Shown here one piece after another: positions 1 through 12,800 of a stretch of DNA of 64,000 nucleotides. Numbering within the stretch: position 1 is the first letter of the stretch; every line of letters begins with the position of its first letter. The position numbers and the translations under genes are program-made. Source of the stretch: Pecten maximus (lineage: Eukaryota); assembly GCF_902652985.1 (NCBI RefSeq), contig NC_047027.1:5456001-5520000 (forward strand), written 5' to 3'. The notes below the pieces were generated by a model. It had not been told where the DNA came from. It searched no databases and saw only the letters and a list, made by a program, of their open reading frames with translations.

Positions 1-2110
1 ACTCTCTGGCCTGGTTAGGAGAACCCCTAGTATCCCTGTCAGGACACTCTCTGGCCTGGTTAGGAGAACCCCAAGTATCCCTGTCAGGACACTCTCTGGC
101 CTGGTTAGGAGAACCCCTAGTATCCCTGTCCGGACACTCTCTGTCATGGTTAGGAGAACCCCTAGTATCCCTGTCCGGACACTCTCTGGCCTGGTTAGGA
201 GAACCCCAAGTATCCCTGTCCGGACACTCTCTGTCATGGTTAGGAGAACCCCTAGTATCCCTGTCCGGACACTCTCTGGCCTGGTTAGGAGAACCCCTAG
301 TATCCCTGTCAGGACACTCTCTGACCTGGTTAGGAGAACCCCTAGTATCCCTGTCAGGACACTCTCTGGCCTGGTTAGGAGAACCCCAAGTATCCCTGTC
401 AGGACACTCTCTGGCCTGGTTAGGAGAACCCCTAGTATCCCTGTCTGGACACTCTCTGACCTGGTTAGGAGAACCCCTAGTATCCCTGTCAAGACACTCT
501 CTGACCTGGTTAGGAGAACCCCAAGTATCCCTGTCAGGACACTCTCTGGCCTGGTTAGGAGAACCCCTAGTATCCCTGTCAGGACACTCTCTGGCCTGGT
601 TAGGAGAACCCCTAGTATCCCTGTCAGGACACTCTCTGTCATGGTTAGGAGAACCCCTAGTATCCCTGTCAGGACACTCTCTGGCCTGGTTAGGAGAACC
701 CCTAGTATCCCTGTCAGGACACTCTCTGGCCTGGTTAGGAGAACCCCTAGTATCCCTGTCAGGACACTCTCTGGCCTGGTTAGGAGAACCCCAAGTATCC
801 CTGTCAGGACACTCTCTGGCCTGGTTAGGAGAACCCCAAGTATCCCTGTCAGGACACTCTCTGGCCTGGTTAGGAGAACCCCTAGTATCCCTGTCAGGAC
901 ACTCTCTGTCATGGTTAGGAGAACCCCAAGTATCCCTGTCAGGACACTCTCTGGCCTGGTTAGGAGAACCCCTAGTATCCCTGTCAGGACACTCTCTGGC
1001 CTGGTTAGGAGAACCCCAAGTATCCCTGTCAGGACACTCTCTGGCCTGGTTAGGAGAACCCCTAGTATCCCTGTCAGGACACTCTCTGGCCTGGTTAGGA
1101 GAACCCCAAGTATCCCTGTCAGGACACTCTCTGGCCTGGTTAGGAGAACCCCTAGTATCCCTGTCAGGACACTCTCTGGCCTGGTTAGGAGAACCCCAAG
1201 TATCCCTGTCAGGACACTCTCTGGCCTGGTTAGGAGAACCCCTAGTATCCCTGTCAGGACACTCTCTGGCCTGGTTAGGAGAACCCCTAGTATCCCTGTC
1301 AGGACACTCTCTGGCCTGGTTAGGAGAACCCCTAGTATCCCTGTCAGGACACTCTCTGGCCTGGTTAGGAGAACCCCTAGTATCCCTGTCAGGACACTCT
1401 CTGGCCTGGTTAGGAGAACCCCTAGTATCCCTGTCAGGACACTCTCTGTCATGGTTAGGAGAACCCCAAGTATCCCTGTCAGGACACTCTCTGGCCTGGT
1501 TAGGAGAACCCCTAGTATCCCTGTCAGGACACTCTCTGTCATGGTTAGGAGAACCCCTAGTATCCCTGTCAGGACACTCTCTGTCATGGTTAGGAGAACC
1601 CCTAGTATCCCTGTCAGGACACTCTCTGGCCTGGTTAGGAGATCCCCTAGTATCCCTGTCAGGACACTCTCTGGCCTGGTTAGGAGAACCCCTAGTATCC
1701 CTGTCAGGACACTCTCTGGCCTGGTTAGGAGAACCCCTAGTATCCCTGTCTGGACACTCTCTGGCCTGGTTAGGAGAACCCCTAGTATCCCTGTCAGGAC
1801 ACTCTCTGGCCTGGTTAGGAGAACCCCTAGTATCCCTGTCAGGACACTCTCTGTCATGGTTAGGAGAACCCCTAGTATCCCTGTCAGGACACTCTCTGGC
1901 CTGGTTAGGAGAACCCCTAGTATCCCTGTCAGGACACTCTCTGTCATGGTTAGGAGAACCCCTAGTATCCCTGTCAGGACACTCTCTGGCCTGGTTAGGA
2001 GAACCCCTAGTATCCCTGTCAGGACACTCTCTGGCCTGGTTAGGAGAACCCCTAGTATCCCTGTCAGGACACTCTCTGGCCTGGTTAGGAGAACCCCAAG
2101 TATCCCTGTC
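1..2110. repeat. 45-bp minisatellite (ACTCTCTGGCCTGGTTAGGAGAACCCCTAGTATCCCTGTCAGGAC), ~47 copies, truncated by the window start
   Basis: Near-perfect 45-bp periodicity; recurring variants GGCC/GTCA/GACC, CCTAG/CCAAG and TGTC-NN-GACA. Confidence 0.98.
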
Positions 2111-3087
2111 CTGTCAGCAGAAGTGTTTCCCTGTTTTTTCACATAAATATTAATGAAAAAGGAGACATTTCAGAGAAAAAACTATCAATCTGTTACTAAT
2201 TAATAAGTAAACTTTGTGACAGATATACTCCTCAATTTACTGGTTATAATCTGTTATTAATCATATCAGTAAATAAGCTGCCATAAGTATCTTTATCTAA
2301 GTGGTAAACTAACAGACAGGAAATCGTTTACAATCAATGTTATCATCTCTCCTCTCCATCATCATCATCTGTATGAGAAGCTATAAACATGCCCACAGCT
2401 CCACCACTCGGCTTCAGGGAGAACAAAATAGCTAGATCAATGTAAGGCTGTCCTACCAACATTTGTGACATTGATACACCTTTGTAATACTAATACAGGA
2501 TAAATGTGTTGATGTTTTTAACTCGACAATCGTGACAGCTGATCATTGCGGGTGTTTTTGACACGGATATCGCTCCCCTTTATAAGGCGTACAGACTATC
2601 ATCTGCTGTATAAATTGGAGTAGGGTTATATCTGTGTAACTGGAGTGACGTTTAACATATGATATATGGTATATATTTCTTCTTTATTGGGGTTTTTGTC
2701 CAGCAGATGTATGTATGTGACAACAGATATATATTGACAGGTGGTTTATTGACAAAAATCATTTACAGATAAAAATGCTTCACACAATTAGTTTTATTGG
2801 TAATTTTTTTTGATATTTATTTTCATATAGTGTAGTACTTTATGGTAGAAAATTTTTTTTAAAAAGAAATTTTCTATAAAAACTTTTTCAGAAAGAATAA
2901 TGCATTTGTATCCCTGTTGTATAAAGTCATGCAGATATCAAAAAATAATTTACACATGAAATTTCATATGAAAGGCCTGATTTGGTGATTGTAACTCTGT
3001 TGGTATGGAATATGAAATATATAATAAGTTTTGATCTGGAGATTAATTTCTATCACATGCTTTTGGTAATCTGAATAAAGCTGCATG

Positions 3088-3150
3088 GTGTTCATCTGTC
3101 CATGTGTTCATCTGCCCATGTGTTCATTTGTCCGTGCATTCATCTGTCCA
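3088..3150. repeat. 16-bp degenerate tandem repeat (GTGTTCATCTGTCCAT), ~4 copies
   Basis: Direct inspection. Confidence 0.75.
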
Positions 3151-3799
3151 ACTGACTCTGTGAGGTTTCCGTTGACCAAATTTTCCTCTCTATGTGAGAA
3201 CACCTGCTACGTCATGCAGCTATGATGACAAGTCTAGGGCAGGCGACATCTGCTATGGGGGGGGGGGGGGGGGGGGGGGAGGGGGGACATACTCCCGCCA
3301 GGTACATCACAATCAACCTAATGCATTTTACTGTATACTGAGGTAAAGCTGTTACAGATCTTGAATAAATTCTACAATTTATTGGCAATGAAACCATTAA
3401 AATACAACTACTGGAAAGAGATTTAGGTCACTACAGTAGTTAGAAGGCAGGAAACACCTGTCCAAGATTAGTTGACAAAAGTCTCACCTGTACAAGGACA
3501 AACACCTAAGGAACTACAGTTAGGCTGTATATCTACAGGGGTTATACAGAGAATATCTGAAGTCCCTCGTATACAGATAAAACAGTATACTCAATTATAT
3601 ATATAATATCAGGTCATATAGTCACTGTTCTTCCTCTTTCTGTAATAAGGACTTTTGATAGGATATGCTTTCCTTCATTGGTTCATCAAAGCATAAAAAT
3701 CCTAGTTACTGCATGGTGATAATGTAGATAATGAATTGATGATAACGGGTCCTGACCAGAGGATTGATTAAGGAAGTGTGCTGGAGACGTAAGCTTAAT

Positions 3800-3989
3800 T
3801 GTATGTTACCTAACTGTGACATGGAGACTTAAGGCTGTATGCTACCTTACTGTGACATGGAGACTTAAGGCTGTATGCTACCTTACTGTGACATGGAGAC
3901 TTAAGGCTGTATGCTACCTTACTGTGACATGGAGACTTACGGCTGTATGTTACCTTACTGTGACATGGACACTTAAGGCTGTATGCTAC
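3800..3989. repeat. 36-bp minisatellite, first block (GTGACATGGAGACTTAAGGCTGTATGCTACCTTACT), ~5 copies
   Basis: 36-bp periodicity; same monomer as 4110-5545. Confidence 0.95.
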
Positions 3990-4109
3990 GTAAGAATATA
4001 AAGTGGGGCAAATTAGGCATCATGCTACATCCATGCTTCATTCATGCTGCAATTCCATGCTACATTCATACTACATTTATGCTGTGATCATGCTGCAAAT
4101 TCATAAGGG

Positions 4110-5545
4110 ACCTAACTGTGACATGGAGACTTAAGGCTGTATGCTACCTTACTGTGACATGGAGACTTAAGGATGTATGATACCTTACTGTGACATGGAG
4201 ACTTAAGGATGTATGCTACCTTGCTGTGACATGCCACTTAAGGATGTAGGCTACCTTACTGTGACATGGAGAGTTAAGGATGTATGCTGTCTAACTGTGA
4301 CATGGAGACTTAAGGGTGTGAGTTACCTTACTGTGACATGGAGACTTAAGGCTGTATACTACCTTATTGTGACATGAAGACTTAAGGCTGTATGCTACCT
4401 TACTGTGACATGGAGACTTAAGGATGTATGCTACCTTACTGTGACATGGAGACTTAAGGCTGTATGCTACCTTACTGTGACATGGAGACTTAAGGCTGTA
4501 TGCTACCTTACTGTGACATGGAGACTTAAGGCTGTATGCTACCTAACTGTGACATGGAGAGTTAAGGATGTATGCTACCTTACTGTGACATGGAGACTTA
4601 AGGCTGTATGCTACCTTACTGTGACATGGAGACTTAAGGCTGTATGCTACCTTACTGTGACATGGAGACTTAAGGCTGTATGCTACCTTACTGTGACATG
4701 GAGACTTAAGGCTGTATGCTACCTTACTGTGACATGGAGACTTAAGGCTGTATGCTACCTAACTGTGACATGGAGACTTAAGGCTGTATGCTACCTTACT
4801 GTGACATGGAGACTTAAGGCTGTATGCTACCTTACTGTGACATGGAGACTTAAGGATGTATGCTACCTTACTGTGACATGAAGACTTAAGGCTGTATGCT
4901 ACTTTACTGTGACATAGAGACTTAAGGCTGTATACTACCTTATTGTGACATGAAGACTTAAGGCTGTATGCTACCTTACTGTGATATGGAGACTTAAGGA
5001 TGTATGCTACCTTACTGTGACATGGAGACTTAAGGCTGTATGCTACCTTACTGTGACATGGAGACTTAAGGCTGTATGCTACCTTACTGTGACATGGAGA
5101 CTTAAGGCTGTATGCTACCTTGCTGTGACATGGAGAGTTAAGGATGTATGCTACCTTACTGTGACATGGAGACTTAAGGCTGTATGCTACCTTACTGTGA
5201 CATGGAGACTTAAGGCTGTATGCTACCTTACTGTGACATGGAGACTTAAGGCTGTATGCTACCTTACTGTGACATGGAGACTTAAGGCTGTATGCTACCT
5301 TACTGTGACATGGAGACTTAAGGCTGTATGCTACCTAACTGTGACATGGAGACTTAAGGCTGTATGCTACCTTACTGTGACATGGAGACTTAAGGCTGTA
5401 TGCTACCTTACTGTGACATGGAGACTTAAGGATGTATGCTACCTTACTGTGACATGAAGACTTAAGGCTGTATGCTACTTTACTGTGACATAGAGACTTA
5501 AGGATGTATGCTACCTTGCTGTGACATGGAGACTTAAGGAGTTAT
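4110..5545. repeat. 36-bp minisatellite, main block, ~40 copies, containing a 576-bp (16-monomer) higher-order duplication
   Basis: Diagnostic variant GCTGTATACTACCTTATTGTGACATGAAG at 4351 and 4927; other variants also recur 576 bp apart. Confidence 0.97.
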
Positions 5546-6434
5546 GCTGTTTATTGTGATGTAAAAACTTAATGCTATTAGATTTAAGATTTAAGTTGTT
5601 TGTCAGATTTCATGTTAGAAACACCAAGAGAGATTTTTTTTAGACGAAAAAAGATTTTTTTCTAAAAGAGAAATTTGAAAAGAAAAACAGATATTTTTTT
5701 ACTTGGCCTATATACCTGAAGAGTTTGAGATTTTGATATCAGTAACAGGTACCTGTGTAATCTGTACTTTAAAACCTGATACCACATTCATATTGATTTG
5801 TGTAAATGATCATGTTCTTGTTACCATGGAAACTGATAATAGTGGTCAATACAATTCAGGTACACTTCATTACATTTGATATCTCAATTACATAACATCT
5901 TTACAACCCTATACATATCAGTTGACTGCTCCAGAGCAGTCAAATGGAACATCTCATTCCAGAAGATAGGAATGACAGGATGTAATTTCTCAGGGTGACT
6001 TGGTTCACCTGTCTTCAGTCACCTGGGAGTAGCAGCCCTCGATTCATTAAAATTTTAGTGTTGTAGAGAATTAATTATATGTAAATGAGCTATGTTTATT
6101 GATTATTTTTGTACTTATATTGATTTTCCTACACTTAGTATACCCTACTGAACATTTTCATGTTTCATTGACTTACCTGTTACTACACAATAGAACGTAC
6201 CTAGAAATATCAAGGTGGGTGTTATGTAGCATGGTTAATTGTTGATAACACAGAACTTCAAGTAATATACAGTCTAGGTTTCATTTTCAGCATAAAAAAA
6301 ACCCAGCAGGCATGAAAGCTAAAAAAACACAGAAAACATATTTTCTGTTTGGAAATCTATACCTGTACATTTTTTTCCCAACCTCTCCCTGTCCTCCCTG
6401 CCTGCCTCCTGTTTCTTTTTAATCACAGAAACAC

Positions 6435-6740
6435 CTCCCTTCCCCTCCCCAGCCCCCTCCCCTCCTATCCCCTTCCCCTCCCAGCCCCCTCCCCTCCTAT
6501 CCCCTCCCCCTCCCCAGGCCCCCTCCCCTCCTATCCCCTTCCCCTCCCCAGCCCCCTCCCCTCCTATCCCCTCCCCCTCCCTAGGCCCCCTCCCCTCCTA
6601 TCCCCTTCCCCTCCCCAGCCCCCTCCCCTCCTATCCCCTTTCCCTCCCCAGCCCCCTCCCCTCCTATCCCCTTCCCCTCCCCAGCCCCCTCCCCTCCTAT
6701 CCCCTCCCCTCCCCATTTGTCCCCTTCCCTCCCCTTCCCT
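6435..6740. repeat. ~33-bp C-rich minisatellite (CCCTTCCCCTCCCCAGCCCCCTCCCCTCCTATC), ~8 copies; G-quadruplex potential on the minus strand
   Basis: Periodicity and multiple C3-5 runs per unit. Confidence 0.9.
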
Positions 6741-7145
6741 GTTGTATTTTCCTATAAGATAATATCAATATCTATTCAGTTAAGTGTTTTTAGGAGTAAG
6801 ATTTCTCATTAAATCTAACCATTTTACATGAGAAGGGAGATAACTCATGTCAGTTTATGATACTCAGAAATCTGACCACATAAACACCTACCGACTATAA
6901 AGAATGAGGAAACAACCCTAAATTAAAATAGAAACTGTTTCATAGACGCGAGAGCTGGAGGAATAGATCATGTTACAGACACTGACAACAATAGTATATA
7001 TCTGGTTTGGAATCAATAGATCAGTACCTGTTATACTCCTAATGGAAAAAGATGTTTTAATTGATTTCTGTAAATTTATTCAATTTTTCATAATTAATCT
7101 TTACTCTTTTCAAACTTATAGATGGGTCTTTCTGACAGACAGTCG

Positions 7146-7452
7146 ATCATATAGTTTCTGTTGTCTGTCCCTCTGTCCCTCCGTTCATCCTTCCTTCTCT
7201 CTGTCCCTCCCTCTGTCCCTCCCTCCCTTGTTCCCTCTGTCTTTTTGTCCATCCAGTAAAAGGTTCTGGTTGCCATCATGTTCAGTACAAGGTCTAGTTT
7301 ATCATACAATTTCTGTTGTCTGTCCCTCTGTCCATCTGTCAATCCCTCCATCCATCAATCTGTCCTTCCCTGTTTCTCCCTCTGTCCCTCCTTCTATCTG
7401 TCTTTCTGTCCATCCAGTAAAAAGTTCTGGTTGCCATCATGTTCAGTTCAAG
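7146..7452. repeat. Diverged ~155-bp tandem duplication with a TGTCC/TCCC microsatellite core
   Basis: TTTCTGTTGTCTGTCCCTCTGTCC...GTCCATCCAGTAAAA(G/A)GTTCTGGTTGCCATCATGTTCAGT occurs twice. Confidence 0.8.
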
Positions 7453-7474
7453 TAACTGTTCTTACCAGTAAGAT

Positions 7475-7760
7475 TGTAGGAGTCTGTAACAATGAAAAAA
7501 TAAGTTAGTTCTTATATGGGTCTTTGTACTAGTAGTCTAATGTACGAGTATGTAACAATGAAAAAATTAACTTGTACTTATATTGGTCTACAGTATGTAC
7601 TAATAGTTTAATGTACGAGTCTGTAACAATGAAAAAATAAACTTGTACTTATATTGGTCTACAGTATGTACTAATAGCTTAATGTACGAGTCTGTAACAA
7701 TGAAAAAATAAACAAATTCGTACTTATAATCCAATGTACTAGTAGCGTAGTGTCAATGTC
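7475..7760. repeat. 71-bp tandem repeat, ~4 copies with degenerate ends
   Basis: TGTACGAGT(C/A)TGTAACAATGAAAAAA at 7541, 7612 and 7683. Confidence 0.85.
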
Positions 7761-8614
7761 CGTGACAATATAAAAACAATAGTTCTACTAATGTGGGTTT
7801 TGTACTAGTAGTTAAATAAATGTAAAGTCTGTTTGAATACAAAACGTAAATTTTATTAGTGGGCTGATGTACTATTGAGGCAATATCGGTGTGTGTGAGA
7901 TAAAAAGTTCTCTGTGACGACGCAATGACGAGATTCCTCTACACGAGGTTGGAGTAAATTACCTCCGTGTTGGCAGTACGTATTCATTATACTTGTAACA
8001 GAGTTTACCGGCAGATAATTCTAAATGGTAAGATTTTCATACAAATAAAACGTGAATTACAGTGTAGTTGGTTGTAAAGTACATCAGAACTAAACTGTAA
8101 ATAAGATTGCGATGAATAATTAACAAATTGACTTTAAGTGTGTTCTAATACTAGGCTCAGTCAATGATCGGCTGACAAAGTGTCGACAGATTTCTCTAAA
8201 CAGACAGTTTAACTGTATTATTGTAAAAAACACTTTTCCTTTGCTGGTTAGGTATTTCACAACTTTGAAAACATAAGATGGTCTTTCCTTTGTGTTTTTT
8301 TTCTATATACATGTATAAATTTATCATAATTTATATTTTCTGAAGTTACTTTTTAATGTCATAAAGTTTGAAAACTCTGTTGATATACACAAGAGTTAAG
8401 ATAATGTTTGATGTATAACATGTTGAATGTTTTAGGTACATCTTACAATGACATAATGTATCCGACAATAAGCCCTATAAGCCCATGTCTGGTAATAAGC
8501 CCACCCATGTCTATAGGAGTTCAGTTGAAATTTTGGTTATTCATTGCAAATGCAGCCTTTTAAGTCCTTTACTTACTTGACACAATTTTGTTATTTTAAT
8601 CACAATTAAGATAA

Positions 8615-8789
8615 CAGGGCTTTTTCTGAGGGCTTTTAGGGCCATTCATGGGCCCAATTCCCAATTGGAATTTTTTCATTTTAAAGCCAAATTCCCAAAA
8701 TTTTATGAAAAAATATTTCCCAATTCACCAATTTTCTTCCCAAAAAGAGACAAAAAGACCCCATCCCAAACCAGTGAGAAAAAGCCCCG
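8615..8789. mobile_element. 175-bp MITE (non-autonomous DNA transposon) with 13-bp TIRs and a 5-bp TSD GATAA
   Basis: Left TIR CAGGGCTTTTTCT (8615-8627); right TIR AGAAAAAGCCCCG (8777-8789, 1 mismatch); GATAA at 8610-8614 and 8790-8794. Confidence 0.85.
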
Positions 8790-8834
8790 GATAAAGATTA
8801 CACATTTGGACAAATAATGCACCTCGAAAATTGA

Positions 8835-9080
8835 GTTTCCATGAGGAGTTCAGATGGTCCAGGTTCCAGTCTCGGCCGGGTCATTTCCTCTCTCCTAGCT
8901 GTTACATTGGATGCCTAACTAAATACCCACAGACGTGGTATAGGGTCTTGTTTGTGTATTTGGGGTTGAAAACTGTTGAAGGAAGGAGGAAGGATTGGGC
9001 TGAGTACTGATGGCTAGGTAACTCAAATTGTAGGAGGGTTTGTCTTAAGTTTCGAAGTTTGAGTCCAAGTCTGGTTGTTT
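8835..9080 (+). mobile_element. Decayed tRNA-derived repeat/SINE-like relic with two B-box-like segments
   Basis: GGTCCAGGTTCCAGTCTCGG near 8856, then TGGCTAGGTAACTCAAATTGTAGGAG...AGTTTGAGTCC near 9011-9066, resembling degenerate tRNA A/B boxes; family resemblance from memory only. Confidence 0.4.
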
Positions 9081-9879
9081 ATTCCTGTTTCACCAATATG
9101 CATTTCTCTGATCCCAGGTTTAGTAATCACTGCTTCGTGCTGATGATGGAAGAGTCCCTGTCAGATTATGGAGTAATTCTGGTTAAGTGACAAACTATTC
9201 CCCCTATCACCATTTTCATTATACAGCTTAATTTATTTTCAAGCTCTCTAAACAAGAAGATAAAATTCAATGGTCATTATTTCACCTTTATGAGAAAGGT
9301 CATCTTTGGTTAATTAGTAAACACGATCATATCACACTTGAAGATTGAAACATGGCCGAAACTAATCCCTTCCAATCACCACTCGCAAATTTAGAGATAA
9401 ACTTCTTTTGACCATCAGCAGGGTTCAAAGGTCGCAGTAACAGATCCTGACAATTATCACTAAGTGATCCCTTGATTGAAATATCAGCTGACCAGTAATG
9501 TTCCCTGTGGACCCCTTAAGGGAATCTGTGGAATTACAAGTAAGAATTCCCCTAAGGAGCCCCTTATAAATGTGTACTGCTCTGATTAGTTTTAACAAAT
9601 ATAACTGGATTTGCTTTGTCTCTTGGGGCCTCTCCAGGGATGGAATGAAAACTGAGTCCCCTCAGGGATTCACATTTTAATTCACATCACACTGAGGGTG
9701 TTAGTGACTGTACTTGTTAGAGCTGAAAAGGTTGGAGGCAGACAGCTCTGACAAAATCTTCTCCCCCCTCCCCCACCCCCACTCTCCAAAGCTTTCCTTC
9801 CCTGTACATATCTGCCCCCCATCTAGCACACGATCCTGTAACTTACCGCCTCAAATCACCTACTGACCTCCTCCCCCCA

Positions 9880-12800
9880 CATTCACATCTCCTGTACCTA
9901 TCCTCCCCTCATCTTCACCCTCCCTGTACCTTCCTCCCCCACACTCACCCTCCCGTACCTCCTCCCCACTCACCATCCCTGTACCTTCCTCCCCCACTCA
10001 CCTCGGTACCGGTAGCCTTCCCTCCCCTAACTCACCCTCCCGGTACCTTCCTCCCCCACTCACCCTCCCTGTACCTTCCGTTCTCCCCCACTCACCATCC
10101 CTGTACCTTCCTCCCCCCCTCACCCTCCCTGTACTTTTCTCTCCCCCCACTCACCCTCCCTGTACCTTCCTCCCCCACCATCCTCCCTGTACCTTCCTCC
10201 CCCCACTCACCCTCCCTGTACCTTCCCCTCCCCCCCCACTCACCCTCCCTGTACCTTCCTCCCCCCACTCACCCTCCCTGTACCCCTTCCCCCTTACCTT
10301 CCCCCCACTCACCCTCCCTGTACCTCCTCCCCACTCACCCTCCTGTACCTCCTCCCCCACTCCACCCTCCCTGTACTACCTCCCCCACTCACCCTCCCTG
10401 TACCTTTCCCCCACTCACCCCCCCTGTACCTTCCTCCCCCCACTCACCCTCCCTGTACCTTTTTCCCCCACCACTCACCCTCCCCTTGTACCTTCCTTCC
10501 CCACTCACCCTCCCTGTACCTTACCCCCCCCCTCACCCACCCTGTACCTCCCCCCACTCACCCTCCCTGTACCTTTCTCTCCCCCCACTCACCCTCCCTG
10601 TACCTTCCTCCCCCACTCACCCTCCCTTTACCTCTCCCCCCACTTCACCCTCCCGGTACCTTCCCCCCCACTCACCCTCCCTGTACCTTCCTACCCCACT
10701 CACCCTCCCTGTACCTTCCTCCCCCCCACCTCACCCCCCTGTACTTTCCCCCACTCACCCTCCCTGTACCTTCTCTCCCCCCCACTCACCCTCCCTGTAC
10801 CTTCCTTCCCCCACTCACCCTCCCTGTACCTTCCTCCCCACTCACCACCTCCCTGTACCTTCCCCCCACTCACCCTCCCTGTACCTTCCTCCCCCCACTC
10901 CCCTCCCTGTACCTTCCCCCCCCACTCACCCTCCCTGTACCTTCCTCCCCCCACTCACCCTCCCTGTACCTCCTCCCCCAACTCACCCTCACTGTACCTT
11001 CCTCCCCCACTCACCCCCCCTGTACCTTCCCCCCCACTCACCCTCCCTGTACCTTCCTCCCTACCACCCTCCCTGTAACTTCCTCCCCACTCACCCTCCC
11101 TGTACCTTCCTCCCCCCACTCACCCTCCCTGTACCTTCCTCCCCCCACTCACCCTCCCTGTACCTTCCTCCCCACTCACCCTCCCTGTACCTTCCTCCCC
11201 CACTCACCCTCCCTGTACCTTCCTCCCCCTCACCTCCCTGTACTCCTCCCCACTCCCCCTCCCTGTACCTTCCTCCCCCACTCCACCCTCCCTGTACCTT
11301 CCTCCCCCCACTCACCCTCCCTGTACCTTCCTCCCCCACTCACCCTCCCTGTACCTTCCTCCCCCACTCACCCTCCCTGTACCTTCCTCCCCCCACTCAC
11401 CCTCCCTGTACCTTCCTCTCCCCCACTCACCCTCCCTGTACCTTCCTCCCCCACTCCCCCTCCCTGTACCTACCTCCCCCCCCTCCCCCCCTGTACCTTC
11501 CTCCCCCACTCACCCTCCCTGTCCCTTCCTCCCCCCCTCACCCTCCCCGTTCCCTCCCCCCCCCCTCACCCTCCCTGTACCTACCTCCCCCACTCACCCT
11601 CCCTGTTCCTTCCCCCCCCCCACTCACCCTCCCTGTACCTTCCTCCCCCCACTCACCCTCCCTGTACCTTCCTCCCCCACTCACCCTCCCTGTACCTTCC
11701 TCCCCCACTCACCCTCCCTGTACCTTCCTCCCCACTCACCCTCCCTGTACCTTCCCCCCCACTCACCCTCCCTGTACCTTCCTCCCCCACTCACCCTCCC
11801 TGTACCTTCCTCCCCCACTCACCCTCCCTGTACCTTCCTCTCCCCACTCACCCTCCCTGTACCTTCCTCCCCCACTCACCCTCCCTGTACCTTCCTCCCC
11901 CACTCACCCTCCCTGTACCTTCCTCCCCCACTCACCCTCCCTGTACCTTCCTCCTCCCACTCACCCTCCCTGTACCTTCCTCCCCCACTCACCCTCCCTG
12001 TACCTTCCCCCCCACTCACCCTCCCTGTACCTTCCTCCCCCACTCACCCTCCCTGTACCTTCCTCTCCCCACTCACCCTCCCTGTACCTTCCTCTCCCCA
12101 CTCACCCTCCCTGTACCTTCCTCCCCCACTCACCCTCCCTGTACCTTCCTCCCCCACTCACCCTCCCTGTACCTTCCTCTCCCACTCACCCTCCCTGTAC
12201 CTTCCTCTCCCACTCACCCTCCCTGTACCTTCCTCTCCCACTCACCCTCCCTGTACCTTCCTCCCCCACTCACCCTCCCTGTACCTTCCTCTCCCACTCA
12301 CCCTCCCTGTACCTTCCTCTCCCACTCACCCTCCCTGTACCTTCCCTCCCCACTCACCCTCCCTGTACCTTCCTCCCCACTCACCCTCCCTGTACCTTCC
12401 TCCCCACTCCACCCTCCCTGTACCTTCCTCTCCACTCACCCTCCCTGTACCATTCCTCTCCCCACTCACCCTCCCTGTACCTTCCTCCCCCACTCACCCT
12501 CCCTGTACCTTCCTCCCCACTCACCCTCCCTGTACTTCCTCCCCACTCACCCTCCCTGTACCTTCCTCTCCCCCACTCACCCCTGCCCTTTACCTTCCTC
12601 CCCCACTCACCTATTCCCTTCCTTCCCCCCCCTCACCCTCCCTGTACCTTCCCCCCCCCCTCACCCCTCCCTGTACCTTCCTCCCCCCACTCACCCTCCC
12701 TGTACCTTCCTCCCTCACTCACCCTCCCTGTACCTTCCTCCCCCCCACTCACCCTCCCTGTACCTTCCCCCCCCCACTCACCCTCCCTGTACCTTCCTCC

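Noticed and set aside
146-2146. 666-aa ORF of 15-aa repeats
   Set aside because: Stop-free frame of a 45-bp minisatellite; no unique domain or splice context
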